Source: Verrucomicrobiota bacterium (GTDB lineage Bacteria; Verrucomicrobiota; Verrucomicrobiia; Limisphaerales; UBA9464). Taken from it: a DNA stretch of 64,000 bases. Within the stretch, counting starts at the first letter, position 1; every line of letters starts with the position of its first letter. The DNA lies in NCBI GenBank assembly GCA_016871615.1, contig VHCX01000010.1, positions 1,875 through 65,874 of the forward strand. The letters are read 5' to 3'. Below the pieces are notes generated by a model. The model worked only from the letters and a program-made list of their open reading frames with translations, did not search any database and was not told where the DNA came from. The position numbers and the translations under genes are program-made. Below are positions 19,438 to 30,813 of the stretch, one piece after another.

Positions 19438-20039
19438 CAGCGCCGCACCCAGGTCGCGTGCCGGGTCTGGATTCCCTCGGCATTGAACAACCGCTCGAAA
19501 TCGGTCTTCACCTCCAGCAGGCCCTCCGGCTCCCGGCCGGCGACGAAGTGCTCCGAGGCCCCGTGGAAGACCTCCAGCATCTGCTCGAAGTACGAGGCGT
19601 CGTCGGTCCGGCAATGGAAACGACCGCCCGGTCGCAGCGCCTTGGCGGCCAACGCCGCGAAGGCCGGGTTGATCAACCGCCGATGGTGGTGCCGCTTCTT
19701 GGGCCAGGGATCGGGAAAGTACACGTGGAGGGCCGAGAGCGAGCCCGGAGGGATCATCCAGTCCAGCAGGTAGGTCGCCTCCAGGCGAAGGCCCCGGAGA
19801 TTTCCCAACCCGAGGCGGCGCCCCTTGCGGTCGATCTTGCGAAGGCGTCCGAACAGGCGCTCGACCCCGAGGAAATTGCTCCCGGGATGGGCCTCGGCGT
19901 ACCGGAGCAGGAAGGACCCGTCGCCCGCCCCGAGCTCCAACTCGACCGGGGCCCCGTTGCCGAAGAGGGCCGGGAAATCGAGCCGGCAGAGGATGTCGGG
20001 CCGGATGAGGATCGAATCGGGCAACAGGTCGGACGCCAT
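19437..20039 (-). CDS. trmB: tRNA (guanine-N7)-methyltransferase
   Basis: Internal ATG at 20039 of ORF 19437..20264. Motifs ELGAGDGSF and FPDPWPKKRHHHRR. Confidence 0.9.
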   Translation of the reverse strand: MASDLLPDSILIRPDILCRLDFPALFGNGAPVELELGAGDGSFLLRYAEAHPGSNFLGVERLFGRLRKIDRKGRRLGLGNLRGLRLEATYLLDWMIPPGSLSALHVYFPDPWPKKRHHHRRLINPAFAALAAKALRPGGRFHCRTDDASYFEQMLEVFHGASEHFVAGREPEGLLEVKTDFERLFNAEGIQTRHATWVRR

Positions 20040-20188
20040 GACGACCCCGGCACGGTAGGCGCCATCGACCCTCGGAGGAAGGCCGGTGTTGCCAAGCCCA
20101 CCCCCCTTTCCCCAGCCCCCCCGACTGTCCCTGTTGAGCCCCATCACGAGGGTTGCCTTCCGAAGGCCTTCGTCGAACCTTGGCATCG

Positions 20189-21310
20189 ATGAATCGTCTC
20201 CTCGCCTGCCTGCTGCTGCTGGCCTGCGGTCTTGACCGGGTCCATGCCGCCACGGCGACGTCATGGCCGATGTTCCGCGGTGATCCCGCCCAGAGCGGCG
20301 TCAGCCCGGCGCGCCTGCCGGACAAACCCGTGCTCAAGTGGCGCTTCAAGACCGGCGGCCCCGTCAGCGCCACCGCGGCCATTGTCGACGGCGCCGTCTT
20401 CATCGGATCGGCCGATTCCAACGTGGTCTGCCTCTCGCTCGCCGACGGGACCCGGGCATGGAGCTTCCAGACCGGCGGGGCGGTCGAGGCCTCCCCGCTG
20501 GTCCTCGACGGCCGCGTGTACATCGGCGACACGCTGACCAATTTCTTCGCCCTCGACGCTAAGACCGGGACCAAGGTCTGGAGCCGGGGGTTCGACGACA
20601 AGATCAAGAGCAGCGCCAACTGGATCCCCGGCACCAACGGCGGCGGGGCCCAGGTGCTCGTCGGCGGGTATGACTTCCGCCTCCACAGCTTCGAGGCCGG
20701 GACCGGGAAGTCGAACTGGGTCTACGAGACGGGCAACTACATCAACGGGTCGCCGGCCATCTCCCGGGGGCGGACGGCCTTCGGCGGCTGCGACGCCATC
20801 GTCCACGTGGTGGATGTCGTCTCCGGCCGCAAACAGCGCGAGATCGAGGCCGGGGCCTACATCGCCGCCTCGGGAGCGATGGAGGGCAACCTGCTCTTCG
20901 TGGGCCACTACGAGAACGAGTTGCTCTGCGTCGACGTCGAGGAGGGACGGATTCTCTGGAAGTACCGCGACCGGGCGTTCCCCTTCATGTCGTCGCCGGC
21001 GGTGACGGCCGACCGGGTGCTCGTCGGAAGCCGCGACAAGCGCCTGCACTGCGTGAACCGGGCCGACGGGAAGGCCGTGTGGACCTTCCAGACCCGGGGC
21101 AAGGTGGAGAGTTCGCCCGTGGTGGCCGACGACCGCGTGGTCGTGGGCTCCGATGACGGCCGGCTCTACCTCGTCTCGCTGGCCGACGGCACGGAGCGGT
21201 GGACCTACGACCTGGGCCAGCCGGTGCAGAGCTCGCCGGCGGTGGTCGATGGCCATGTCGTCATCGGTTGCGACGACGGCCACGTGTACTGCTTCGGAGC
21301 GCCGCGTTGA
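20189..21310 (+). CDS. Secreted PQQ-like beta-propeller repeat protein (BamB-like fold)
   Basis: Internal ATG at 20189 (MNRLLACLLLLACG signal). Repeated units of the form ...G.V.SSPAV.DG.V..G..DG.l..l....G...W. Confidence 0.75.
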   Translation: MNRLLACLLLLACGLDRVHAATATSWPMFRGDPAQSGVSPARLPDKPVLKWRFKTGGPVSATAAIVDGAVFIGSADSNVVCLSLADGTRAWSFQTGGAVEASPLVLDGRVYIGDTLTNFFALDAKTGTKVWSRGFDDKIKSSANWIPGTNGGGAQVLVGGYDFRLHSFEAGTGKSNWVYETGNYINGSPAISRGRTAFGGCDAIVHVVDVVSGRKQREIEAGAYIAASGAMEGNLLFVGHYENELLCVDVEEGRILWKYRDRAFPFMSSPAVTADRVLVGSRDKRLHCVNRADGKAVWTFQTRGKVESSPVVADDRVVVGSDDGRLYLVSLADGTERWTYDLGQPVQSSPAVVDGHVVIGCDDGHVYCFGAPR

Positions 21311-21380
21311 CAGGCGGCCCCGTCGCCCGCCCTCTCCTGGACGCCGCCATCCCACCCCCCTGCAGGACCACCCTCCTCCG

Positions 21381-23641
<2,261 letters not shown>

Positions 23642-23709
23642 ATCCCAGACCACGCCTCCGGATGAACCCCAGGACTAACCCAAGAACCAATCCGACCCTT
23701 CCACCTCCC

Positions 23710-25125
23710 ATGAAAAAGCTCCTGCTCCTCCTTTCCTGCGCCCTGCTGGTCTTCACGGCCATCGACGCCCAAGCCGCCGATCCCAGCATCGAGGAACGTC
23801 TGGCCGACCTTGAGGCCTACGTCAACAACGGTGCCCGGGCAACCGCCGGCAACACCAACTACTCCAGCAAGATCGCCGGACCCGGCCCGGGTCACAATGC
23901 CTGGCAGATGACCTCCACCGCCCTCGTGCTGTTCATGACCCTGCCGGGTCTGGCGCTCTTCTACGGCGGCCTCGTCCGCCGCAAGAACGTGCTGTCGGTG
24001 CTGGCCCAGTGCATGGGCATCGCCGGACTGGTCACCATCCTCTGGTGGGCGGTCGGGTACAGCCTCTCCTTCGGTTCGGGCAACGCCATCATCGGCGACA
24101 CGGCCTACGCGATGTTCAAGGGCGTCGAACCGGGCAATGTCGGAGCCGGCTACCACTGGATCAGCGACTCCATGTGGGCCATGTTCCAGCTCACCTTCGC
24201 CATCATCACCCCGGCCCTCATCATCGGTGCCATCGCCGAGCGCATGAAATTTCTGGCGGTGCTGGTCTTCGTGGCCCTGTGGATGTTCGCGGTCTACTTC
24301 CCCTTCGCCCACATGGTGTGGTCCACCACCGGTCTGATGTGCGGCCCGCTCAACAAGGACGCGGCCATCAAGGCGATCGATTTCGCCGGCGGCACCGTGG
24401 TCCACATGACCTCCGGATGGAGCGCCCTGGTGCTCTGCATCATCCTCGGCAAGCGCAAGGGATTCGGCCGTGAGCCGATGAGCCCGCACTCCATGACCCT
24501 CTGCATGGTCGGCACGGGCATGCTCTGGGTCGGCTGGTACGGGTTCAACGCGGGCTCCGCCCTCGGCGCCGATGCGATCGCTTCCAACGCCTTCACCACC
24601 ACCACCCTCGCGGCCGCGACCGCCGGGTTCGTATGGCCGCTGATCGAGTGGATCACCCGGGGCAAGCCGAGCGTGCTCGGATTCTGCTCGGGCATCGTGG
24701 CCGGCCTGGTGGTCATCACCCCCGCGTGCGGTTTCGTCACGGCCGGGTCGGCGGTGCTCATCGGCATCTTCGCCGGCGTGGTTCCCTACCTCGCCTGTTC
24801 CTTCCTCAAGAAGATGATTGGTTATGATGACGCCTTGGACACCTTCGGCGTGCACGGCGTCGGCGGCAGCCTTGGGGCCATCCTCACCGGCCTGCTGGCC
24901 GACGAGAAAGCCAACTCGGTGCTCGGCAAGGGCGGCATGGACCTGCTGCCCGGGCTGATGGGCAACCAAATCAAGGCCGTGGCTCTGACCATCGTCTGGA
25001 GCGTCGTGGCCACCGCCATCATCGCCTTCATCGTCAAGGCAGTCGTCGGCCTGCGCCCGACCGAGGAGGTCGAGGTCAACGGTCTGGACCTCGCCGAGCA
25101 CGGCGAGGAAGGCTACCACGGCTGA
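23710..25125 (+). CDS. amtB: Ammonium transporter
   Basis: Internal ATG at 23710 (signal peptide MKKLLLLLSCALLVFTAIDAQA). Amt signatures FAGGTVVHMTSG, WYGFNAGSA and FGVHGVGG. Confidence 0.95.
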   Translation: MKKLLLLLSCALLVFTAIDAQAADPSIEERLADLEAYVNNGARATAGNTNYSSKIAGPGPGHNAWQMTSTALVLFMTLPGLALFYGGLVRRKNVLSVLAQCMGIAGLVTILWWAVGYSLSFGSGNAIIGDTAYAMFKGVEPGNVGAGYHWISDSMWAMFQLTFAIITPALIIGAIAERMKFLAVLVFVALWMFAVYFPFAHMVWSTTGLMCGPLNKDAAIKAIDFAGGTVVHMTSGWSALVLCIILGKRKGFGREPMSPHSMTLCMVGTGMLWVGWYGFNAGSALGADAIASNAFTTTTLAAATAGFVWPLIEWITRGKPSVLGFCSGIVAGLVVITPACGFVTAGSAVLIGIFAGVVPYLACSFLKKMIGYDDALDTFGVHGVGGSLGAILTGLLADEKANSVLGKGGMDLLPGLMGNQIKAVALTIVWSVVATAIIAFIVKAVVGLRPTEEVEVNGLDLAEHGEEGYHG

Positions 25126-25173
25126 GGAGTGTCGGGGAGCTACCAGATCTTCCCCGACCACCCGCCCACCTCG

Positions 25174-25204
25174 AACCGCGCCGGGTTTCCGGCGCGGTTT
25201 TTTT
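25174..25204 (+). terminator. Intrinsic terminator after amtB
   Basis: CCGCGCCGG (25176-25184), loop GTTT, CCGGCGCGG (25189-25197), T7 (25198-25204). Confidence 0.8.
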
Positions 25205-25264
25205 GTCGATGGACGGCCTCGCTGGCGGCGTCGCCCTGCAGAGCGTCACACCGGGGCGCAGGCC

Positions 25265-26113
25265 TCAGGCCCCCACCTCGATGACCAGGGCCGTGGTGTT
25301 GTCCCGGCCGCTGCCGGCGATGGCCGCGTCGACCAGCCGGCGACCCAAGTTCCCGATCGGGGCCGCAGGACCACCGGTCCCGGCCAGTTCCAGGAGGTGG
25401 GCGTCGTAAAGACCATCGATCAGGCCGTCCGAACAGACGAGGAACCGGTCGCCCGGCTTGCAGGGGATGCGGCCGATCTGGGGGTCGATGAACTGGTTGG
25501 AACCGCCGAGGGCCTTCTGGAGCAGGTGGCGACGGGGGTGGCTCCGGGCCTCGCGCTCGTTGATCCGCCCCTGGCGGAGGAGCCAGCCCACGTAGGTGTC
25601 GTCCTCGGTCAACTGGCGGATCGACCCGCCGCCCGCGGGCAGGTGGTAGATCCGGCTGTCGCCCACATGGGCGAAGTGAACGGCGTCGGGCGAGAACCAA
25701 CAGAGACTCAAGGTGGTCTCCATGCCCCGGCATTCCTCGTAGCTGGCACCCAGGTAGACGAGGGCCGCATGGATCTCGCGGAAAAGCGCCTGCAACAGCG
25801 TGCCCGGGGCGACCGACCCCGGACCTGAGGCGGGTTTTCGGAATCCCATCGGGAGGATGCGGGGCACCTTCTCGACGGCCATCCGGCTGGCCATCTCCCC
25901 GGCCTGGGCTCCGCCCATGCCATCGCTGACGGCGAAGACGAAATCGGCGGTCTGCAGCGACGATTCGCCCTCGCGGCCCAGCCGCTCGAGGTCCTCGCGG
26001 TTGAACCTCAGGCCGACGAAGGCGTCCTCGTTGTTGGCGCGGATTTTCCCACGGTCGGAGCATCCCGACCAGCGGACCCGGCGGATGGCCGGTTCTGGGG
26101 AGTCGTCAGGCAT
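25265..26113 (-). CDS. PP2C-family Ser/Thr protein phosphatase
   Basis: Lies within ORF 25265..26485. ATG at 26113 (alternative at 26125). Motifs DRGKIRANNEDAF, AVSDGMGG, VGDSRIY, CSDGL and DNTTALV. Confidence 0.9.
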   Translation of the reverse strand: MPDDSPEPAIRRVRWSGCSDRGKIRANNEDAFVGLRFNREDLERLGREGESSLQTADFVFAVSDGMGGAQAGEMASRMAVEKVPRILPMGFRKPASGPGSVAPGTLLQALFREIHAALVYLGASYEECRGMETTLSLCWFSPDAVHFAHVGDSRIYHLPAGGGSIRQLTEDDTYVGWLLRQGRINEREARSHPRRHLLQKALGGSNQFIDPQIGRIPCKPGDRFLVCSDGLIDGLYDAHLLELAGTGGPAAPIGNLGRRLVDAAIAGSGRDNTTALVIEVGA

Positions 26114-26534
26114 CAGGGGTTCCATGCATGGGTTCCGGGCGGGCAACCGGGGCCTGCTCCGGCTCGAGGAGGGTCGAAAACTCGAAGTCGATGACGCAGA
26201 AGCGGCCATCCTTCTGCCGGTAGGTGACGTTTCGGGCGTCGGCGTCGTCGTGGTGGACCCCGAAGGCCTCCAACTCGGCGAACAACCCCTGCAGCCGTTC
26301 GGCGTCGAGGTGCTGAACCCTTTGACCACAGTTGGTCGTGACGATCTGCGGCAGCGCCGGATTGGCCTCGAGCAGGCGGGGGACGAAAGGACACCCGCGC
26401 CGCTCGAGGTGCTGGAGCACGCGCACCTCGGTCTCGAAACGGCGCAGGGCATCGGCTCCATGGTAGGCCTTGATGACCCGTCCATCGAAACTCAGGTAGA
26501 CGGACGAGCGCAGCGTGTCCTTGACCTTGAGCAT
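26106..26534 (-). CDS. Minimal protein-kinase-like protein (RIO/Bud32/Kdo-kinase-like core, about 142 aa)
   Basis: Internal ATG at 26534 of ORF 26106..26693. Kinase landmarks in order: VIKAY (Lys), FETEVRVLQHL (helix-C Glu), hinge IVTTNCG, catalytic loop HDDADARN (HxDxxxxN), and IDFE (DFG equivalent). The protein ends about 20 aa later. Its 3' end overlaps the PP2C start by 8 nt. Confidence 0.6.
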   Translation of the reverse strand: MLKVKDTLRSSVYLSFDGRVIKAYHGADALRRFETEVRVLQHLERRGCPFVPRLLEANPALPQIVTTNCGQRVQHLDAERLQGLFAELEAFGVHHDDADARNVTYRQKDGRFCVIDFEFSTLLEPEQAPVARPEPMHGTPDA

Positions 26535-26811
26535 GATTGCCGGCTGGAGGCTAACCCCGGCACGCAGCCCCGCCAAGCAGACGCGATGACCGTCGCGCAA
26601 ACCCGGATTGCCCCGTGGGGCCCCGGGTTCAAGGGATCTCCGGCCATTCAACGGCCGATGCGAGGAGTGGTGGTTTTTGACCACCATGATCACCAGGCTG
26701 CAGTCCTAAGGACCCTTCGGTGTCAAAAAAAGCATGCGATTTTGGGACATCCACCTAGGATGTCGCCCGATCTCGGCCCAATCCCCCAAGGGATCCACGG
26801 CGGTCACACGA

Positions 26812-26827
26812 TGGCACCCACCCTGCT
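26812..26827 (+). promoter_or_regulatory. Sigma-54 (-24/-12) promoter candidate upstream of the type II glutamine synthetase gene
   Basis: TGGCAC-CCACC-CTGCT has correct GG/GC spacing. It lies 53 bp upstream of the ATG at 26880. Confidence 0.45.
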
Positions 26828-26879
26828 GTTTTGACCCGCTGCACCGGGACGTTTCGTTGCAGTCATCACCATTCACACC

Positions 26880-27908
26880 ATGGCAAAATACAAACTGGAA
26901 TACATCTGGCTGGACGGTTACCAGCCAGTCCCCAACCTCCGCGGCAAGACCCAGATCAAGGACTTCGAGAGCTTTCCCAAGCTCGAGAAGTTGCCGCTCT
27001 GGAACTTCGACGGCAGTTCGACCCGTCAGGCCGAGGGCCGAAGCTCCGATTGCGTGCTCAAACCCGTGGCCGTGTTCCCGGACACCACCCGGAAGAACGG
27101 CGCGCTGGTGATGTGCGAGGTGATGATGCCGGACGGCGTGACTCCCCACCCGTCGAACACCCGCGCCACGATCCTCGACGACCCCGGCGCCTGGTTCGGC
27201 TTCGAGCAGGAGTATTTCCTCTACAAGGACGGCCGTCCCCTCGGCTTCCCTCCGGGCCTGGACAACTTCCCCTACCCGCAGGGCGAGTACTACACCGGCG
27301 TCGGATACCGCGCGGTCGGCGACATCGCCCGCGAGATCGTCGAGGAGCACCTCGATCTGTGCCTGGATGCCGGCATCAACCACGAGGGCATCAACGCCGA
27401 GGTGGCCAAGGGCCAGTGGGAGTTCCAGATCTTCGGCAAGGGCTCGAAGACCGCGGCCGACCAGGTCTGGATCGCCCGCTACCTGCTCATGCGCCTGTGC
27501 GAAAAGTACGGCGTCGACGTGAACTTCCACTGCAAGCCTCTCGGCAAGGACGTGGACTGGAACGGTTCGGGCATGCACTCCAACTTCTCGACCACCTACA
27601 TGCGCGAGAAGGGCGGCAAGGAGTACTTCGAGGCCCTTATGGCGGCCTTCGACACGTACAAGAACGAGCACATCGCGGTGTACGGCCCGGACAACCACCT
27701 GCGACTGACCGGCCTGCACGAGACCCAGTCGATCGACAAGTTCAGCTACGGCGTCGCCAACCGCGGCGCCTCGATCCGCGTGCCCCACAGCTTCGTCAAC
27801 AACGGCTACAAGGGCTATGTCGAGGATCGCCGCCCGAACTCTCAGGGCGACCCGTACGCCATCGCCAGCCGCATCCTCCAGACCATCGCGACGGTTCCGA
27901 CGCCGTGA
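26880..27908 (+). CDS. glnII: Glutamine synthetase, type II (eukaryote-like GSII)
   Basis: 342 aa. MAKYKLEYIWLDG..., FDGSSTRQA, GFEQEYFL, NAEVAKGQWEFQ, NGSGMHSNFS and NRGASIRVP are typical GSII motifs and length. Confidence 0.95.
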   Translation: MAKYKLEYIWLDGYQPVPNLRGKTQIKDFESFPKLEKLPLWNFDGSSTRQAEGRSSDCVLKPVAVFPDTTRKNGALVMCEVMMPDGVTPHPSNTRATILDDPGAWFGFEQEYFLYKDGRPLGFPPGLDNFPYPQGEYYTGVGYRAVGDIAREIVEEHLDLCLDAGINHEGINAEVAKGQWEFQIFGKGSKTAADQVWIARYLLMRLCEKYGVDVNFHCKPLGKDVDWNGSGMHSNFSTTYMREKGGKEYFEALMAAFDTYKNEHIAVYGPDNHLRLTGLHETQSIDKFSYGVANRGASIRVPHSFVNNGYKGYVEDRRPNSQGDPYAIASRILQTIATVPTP

Positions 27909-27968
27909 ACCGGCGGTCCCGGTGCCGGCACCCGCCGACGCCGGGCCTTCCACGACAGACCTTCCAAA

Positions 27969-27993
27969 CCCGGGCTCACGCCCGGTTTTTTTT
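27969..27993 (+). terminator. Intrinsic terminator after glnII
   Basis: CCGGGC (27970-27975), loop TCAC, GCCCGG (27980-27985), T8 (27986-27993). Confidence 0.75.
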
Positions 27994-28224
27994 GGTCCCC
28001 ACCTCCACCGGTGCCGCCCACCACCACCTGCAGCCCGACCGACCGGAACCTCGACCCGGAACCTTGCCGGACGGATGGAGGGTCCGGTCCGCATCCGCCT
28101 TCGAAGGTTGCTCGGAGATCCACGGTTTTCAGACTTGACTATAAAACCATTTTGATCTTGGCACCCACCCCGGAACGCCCTTCCACCCCCTCGGCAATCG
28201 TCCGGCGGAAATCGGACAAATGCG

Positions 28225-28252
28225 TTGACACACCCGGTCGACTGCCTAGAGT
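28225..28252 (+). promoter_or_regulatory. Candidate sigma-70-like promoter of the pseudopilin-like gene
   Basis: TTGACA (28225-28230), 16 nt spacer, TAGAGT (28247-28252). It ends 35 bp upstream of the ATG at 28287. Confidence 0.35.
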
Positions 28253-28286
28253 CTCCCGCACCGTAAGCCCTAATTCACACAAACCT

Positions 28287-29048
28287 ATGAATCGTCTCCG
28301 CAAACAACGTCTTGGCGCTTTCACGCTGATCGAGTTGCTCGTCGTCATCGCCATCATCGCGATTCTGGCCGGCATGCTCCTTCCTGCACTGGCCAAGGCG
28401 AAGGCCCGTGCCAACCGCATCTCCTGCGTCAACAACCTCAAGAACATCGGTCTGGCCTTCCGCACCTTCGCGGTCGACTTCGGCGGTGCCTACCCCTGGC
28501 AGGTCGATCCCGCCCAAGGCGGCGTCGCCCTGCCCAACGCCACGGCGGCGGGAGTCATCGCCGGCACGATCTCCAACAACGTGACCGCTGCCTTCGCTGC
28601 CGTGTCCAACGAGCTGAGCACCCCGAAGATCGTGGTCTGCCCCTCGGACGGCAGCCGCTTCACGGCCTCCAACACCTGGGTCGGCGTGATGCGTCTGGCC
28701 ATCGCCAACAACCAGAAGGTTTCGAGCTACTTCCTCGGCACCACCGCGACCGAGGAGCAGCCCCAGAGCATCCTCGGTGGCGACCGCAACATGACCAACG
28801 GCATCCCCGAAGCGCAGCTCGCCACCAAGCACATCACCTTCGCGAACCCCGACGCCAACGGTGGCATCGCTCCGGCGGTCCTGAACAAGATCGGCTACAC
28901 CAGCACGATCCACCAGAACGCCGGCAACGTGCTGCTGGGTGACGGTTCCGTGCAGCAGGTTTCCTCGGGCCGCCTCCGCGACCAGGTCCGTGACGCCGCC
29001 GCCAACTCCGGTGCCCAGAACTTCCTGTTCCCGGCCGCCGGCAACTGA
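28287..29048 (+). CDS. Prepilin-type N-terminal cleavage/methylation domain protein with H-X9-DG motif (pseudopilin-like)
   Basis: Internal ATG at 28287 of ORF 28011..29048. [31 protein letters not shown]; C-terminal [12 protein letters not shown] fits H-X9-DG. Confidence 0.85.
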   Translation: MNRLRKQRLGAFTLIELLVVIAIIAILAGMLLPALAKAKARANRISCVNNLKNIGLAFRTFAVDFGGAYPWQVDPAQGGVALPNATAAGVIAGTISNNVTAAFAAVSNELSTPKIVVCPSDGSRFTASNTWVGVMRLAIANNQKVSSYFLGTTATEEQPQSILGGDRNMTNGIPEAQLATKHITFANPDANGGIAPAVLNKIGYTSTIHQNAGNVLLGDGSVQQVSSGRLRDQVRDAAANSGAQNFLFPAAGN

Positions 29049-29080
29049 GACCGATCTCCGGAAGTTTTTCTTCCAAGCCC

Positions 29081-29114
29081 AAGGCACCCCAATACGGGGT
29101 GCCTTTTTTCTTTT
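29081..29114 (+). terminator. Intrinsic terminator after the pseudopilin-like gene
   Basis: AAGGCACCCC (29081-29090), loop AATAC, GGGGTGCCTT (29096-29105), then TTTTCTTTT. Confidence 0.8.
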
Positions 29115-29249
29115 CCTCCAACCGTCTCGAGCGCGCATCCCGGAGAACCACCGGCAGAGTTGGAGGAATTGCGCCGCCCTCCCGTCGGGCCATGGTTCCG
29201 CTTCGGCCTCCCACCGCTTCGGCCTCCCATGACCCGCCACCCACCCGGG

Positions 29250-30218
29250 TCAGCCCCCCTCGGTCTGCGACAGGTCGTGGAGGATGTCATCCAGGCTCCG
29301 GGTGGGCCGGAACCCGGTGAGGGATGCCAGCAACTCAAGGTTCGGGCGCCGGTGGCGCATGTCCTCGAAGCCCGGCCCGTAGGCCGCCTCGTAGGGAATG
29401 AACTCGATGGCCGAGCTCGAACCCGTCGACCGGATCACCCGCCGGGCCAACTCGCCGATCTCCACCGACTGATCGTTGCCGACGTTGACGACGCGACCCA
29501 GGGCTTCCGGGCAACGCATCAGGCGCCACACCGCCTCCACCGAGTCGGCCACATGGCAGAAGCACCGCGACTGGCGGCCGTCCCCGTGCACCTGGAGAGG
29601 GCGTCCAGCCTGCGCCGCCTCCACGAAGCGGGGTATGACCATGCCATAGGCCCCGGTCTGGCGGGGGCCCACCGCGTTGAAGAAGCGGACCACCCGGACC
29701 GGGACGCCACGCTCGCGCAGGTAGGCCATGCCGAGGAACTCGTCCATCAGCTTCGAGCAGGCGTAGCTCCACCGCGGCTTGACCGACGGACCGATCAACA
29801 GGTCGTCCTCCTCGGAAAAGGCCGGCTTGGAGCTTTTCCCATACACCTCGGAGGTGGAAGCCAGCAGCACGGAAGTCCGCCCCCGGGCGGCGGCCTCGAG
29901 CAGCGCCTCGGTCTCGCCAAGGTTGGTCCGCAGCGTCCGCAGCGGCGACTCCATCACCCGCCCGACCCCGACGACCGCCGCCAGGTGCACGACCATGGAG
30001 GCCCCCTCGACCAGCGATCCGAGGTCCGGACATTCGGAGACCTTCGCCTCGATGAGGGAGAACCGCGGATTGCCGAGGGCCCGACGCAGGTTCGAGCGCG
30101 ACCCGGTGGACAGGTCATCCACCGCAACCACCCGCTCGCCGGCCTCCAGCAGACGATCGATCAGGTGCGAGCCGATGAAGCCCGCGCCTCCGGTCACGAC
30201 AATGGGGTTGCTGTGCAC
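29250..30218 (-). CDS. NAD-dependent epimerase/dehydratase (UDP-sugar epimerase/decarboxylase-like extended SDR)
   Basis: Lies within ORF 29250..30998. The homologous region begins at GTG 30218 (VHSNPIVVTGGAGFIGSHL). YACSK (YxxxK) is present. The start codon is uncertain because there is no in-frame ATG nearby. Confidence 0.8.
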   Translation of the reverse strand: MHSNPIVVTGGAGFIGSHLIDRLLEAGERVVAVDDLSTGSRSNLRRALGNPRFSLIEAKVSECPDLGSLVEGASMVVHLAAVVGVGRVMESPLRTLRTNLGETEALLEAAARGRTSVLLASTSEVYGKSSKPAFSEEDDLLIGPSVKPRWSYACSKLMDEFLGMAYLRERGVPVRVVRFFNAVGPRQTGAYGMVIPRFVEAAQAGRPLQVHGDGRQSRCFCHVADSVEAVWRLMRCPEALGRVVNVGNDQSVEIGELARRVIRSTGSSSAIEFIPYEAAYGPGFEDMRHRRPNLELLASLTGFRPTRSLDDILHDLSQTEGG

Positions 30219-30320
30219 CCGTTGAGCTTGAAGGGAACGCGTCCGGAAATGAAGCCCGCAGCGAGTCGAACGGCGATCCCAAGAATTGCCTTCTGACCGG
30301 AGAATCGCGGGACAATCCCG

Positions 30321-30349
30321 TTGACACCCCGGAACCCGATTCCTAGCGT
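30321..30349 (+). promoter_or_regulatory. Candidate sigma-70-like promoter
   Basis: TTGACA (30321-30326), 17 nt spacer, TAGCGT (30344-30349). It ends 17 bp upstream of the ATG at 30366. Confidence 0.3.
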
Positions 30350-30365
30350 TTCCCAACTCAATCCT

Positions 30366-30785
30366 ATGTCCGAAAACACGCCTCCGGTCAATCCGCCCGC
30401 TGCCGCCGAACCCCCGAAGACGGCCGAGGCGTCCGGCCAGAAGAAGCAGACGGTCCGCATCAGCCTGCCGCCGAAGCCGGCCGGTGGCCCGTCGATCCGG
30501 GTCCCGGCCGCGGCGGCTCCGTCCCCCGCCCAGGTCGCTGCTCCGGCGACTCCCGCCGTGCCGGCGCCTGCGGCGGCTCCCATGGCTGCCGCGCCCGCCG
30601 CTTCCCCGGCCGCCAAGGCCGCCGCCGCGCCCGCAGGGGCCGCCGCCAAACCGGCTGCCGCCGCCCCGGCAGCCCGCCCGGCCGCCAAGTCGGCCAGCCT
30701 CAGCGGCCTGGACCTCGGCTTGGCCTTCGCCACCATGGTGCTCGGCATCGCCGCCGTGGCCGTGCAGTTCTTCGTAGCCAACTGA
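30366..30785 (+). CDS. Hypothetical Ala/Pro-rich protein with a single C-terminal transmembrane segment
   Basis: ATG at 30366 within ORF 30321..30785. 139 aa, low complexity (PAAAAP repeats), a short basic motif [13 protein letters not shown], and a C-terminal hydrophobic helix [23 protein letters not shown]3-rich codons. It fills an otherwise empty gap upstream of trxA. Confidence 0.45.
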   Translation: MSENTPPVNPPAAAEPPKTAEASGQKKQTVRISLPPKPAGGPSIRVPAAAAPSPAQVAAPATPAVPAPAAAPMAAAPAASPAAKAAAAPAGAAAKPAAAAPAARPAAKSASLSGLDLGLAFATMVLGIAAVAVQFFVAN

Positions 30786-30813
30786 GATCCCCGGGGCTTC
30801 CTTCCTACGCATC

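Noticed and set aside
18427-20637. 736-aa minus-strand ORF as a single gene
   Set aside because: Only its C-terminal 336 codons (the lipid kinase) are credible. trmB occupies a different frame at 19437..20039, and the remainder is antisense to the plus-strand propeller gene.
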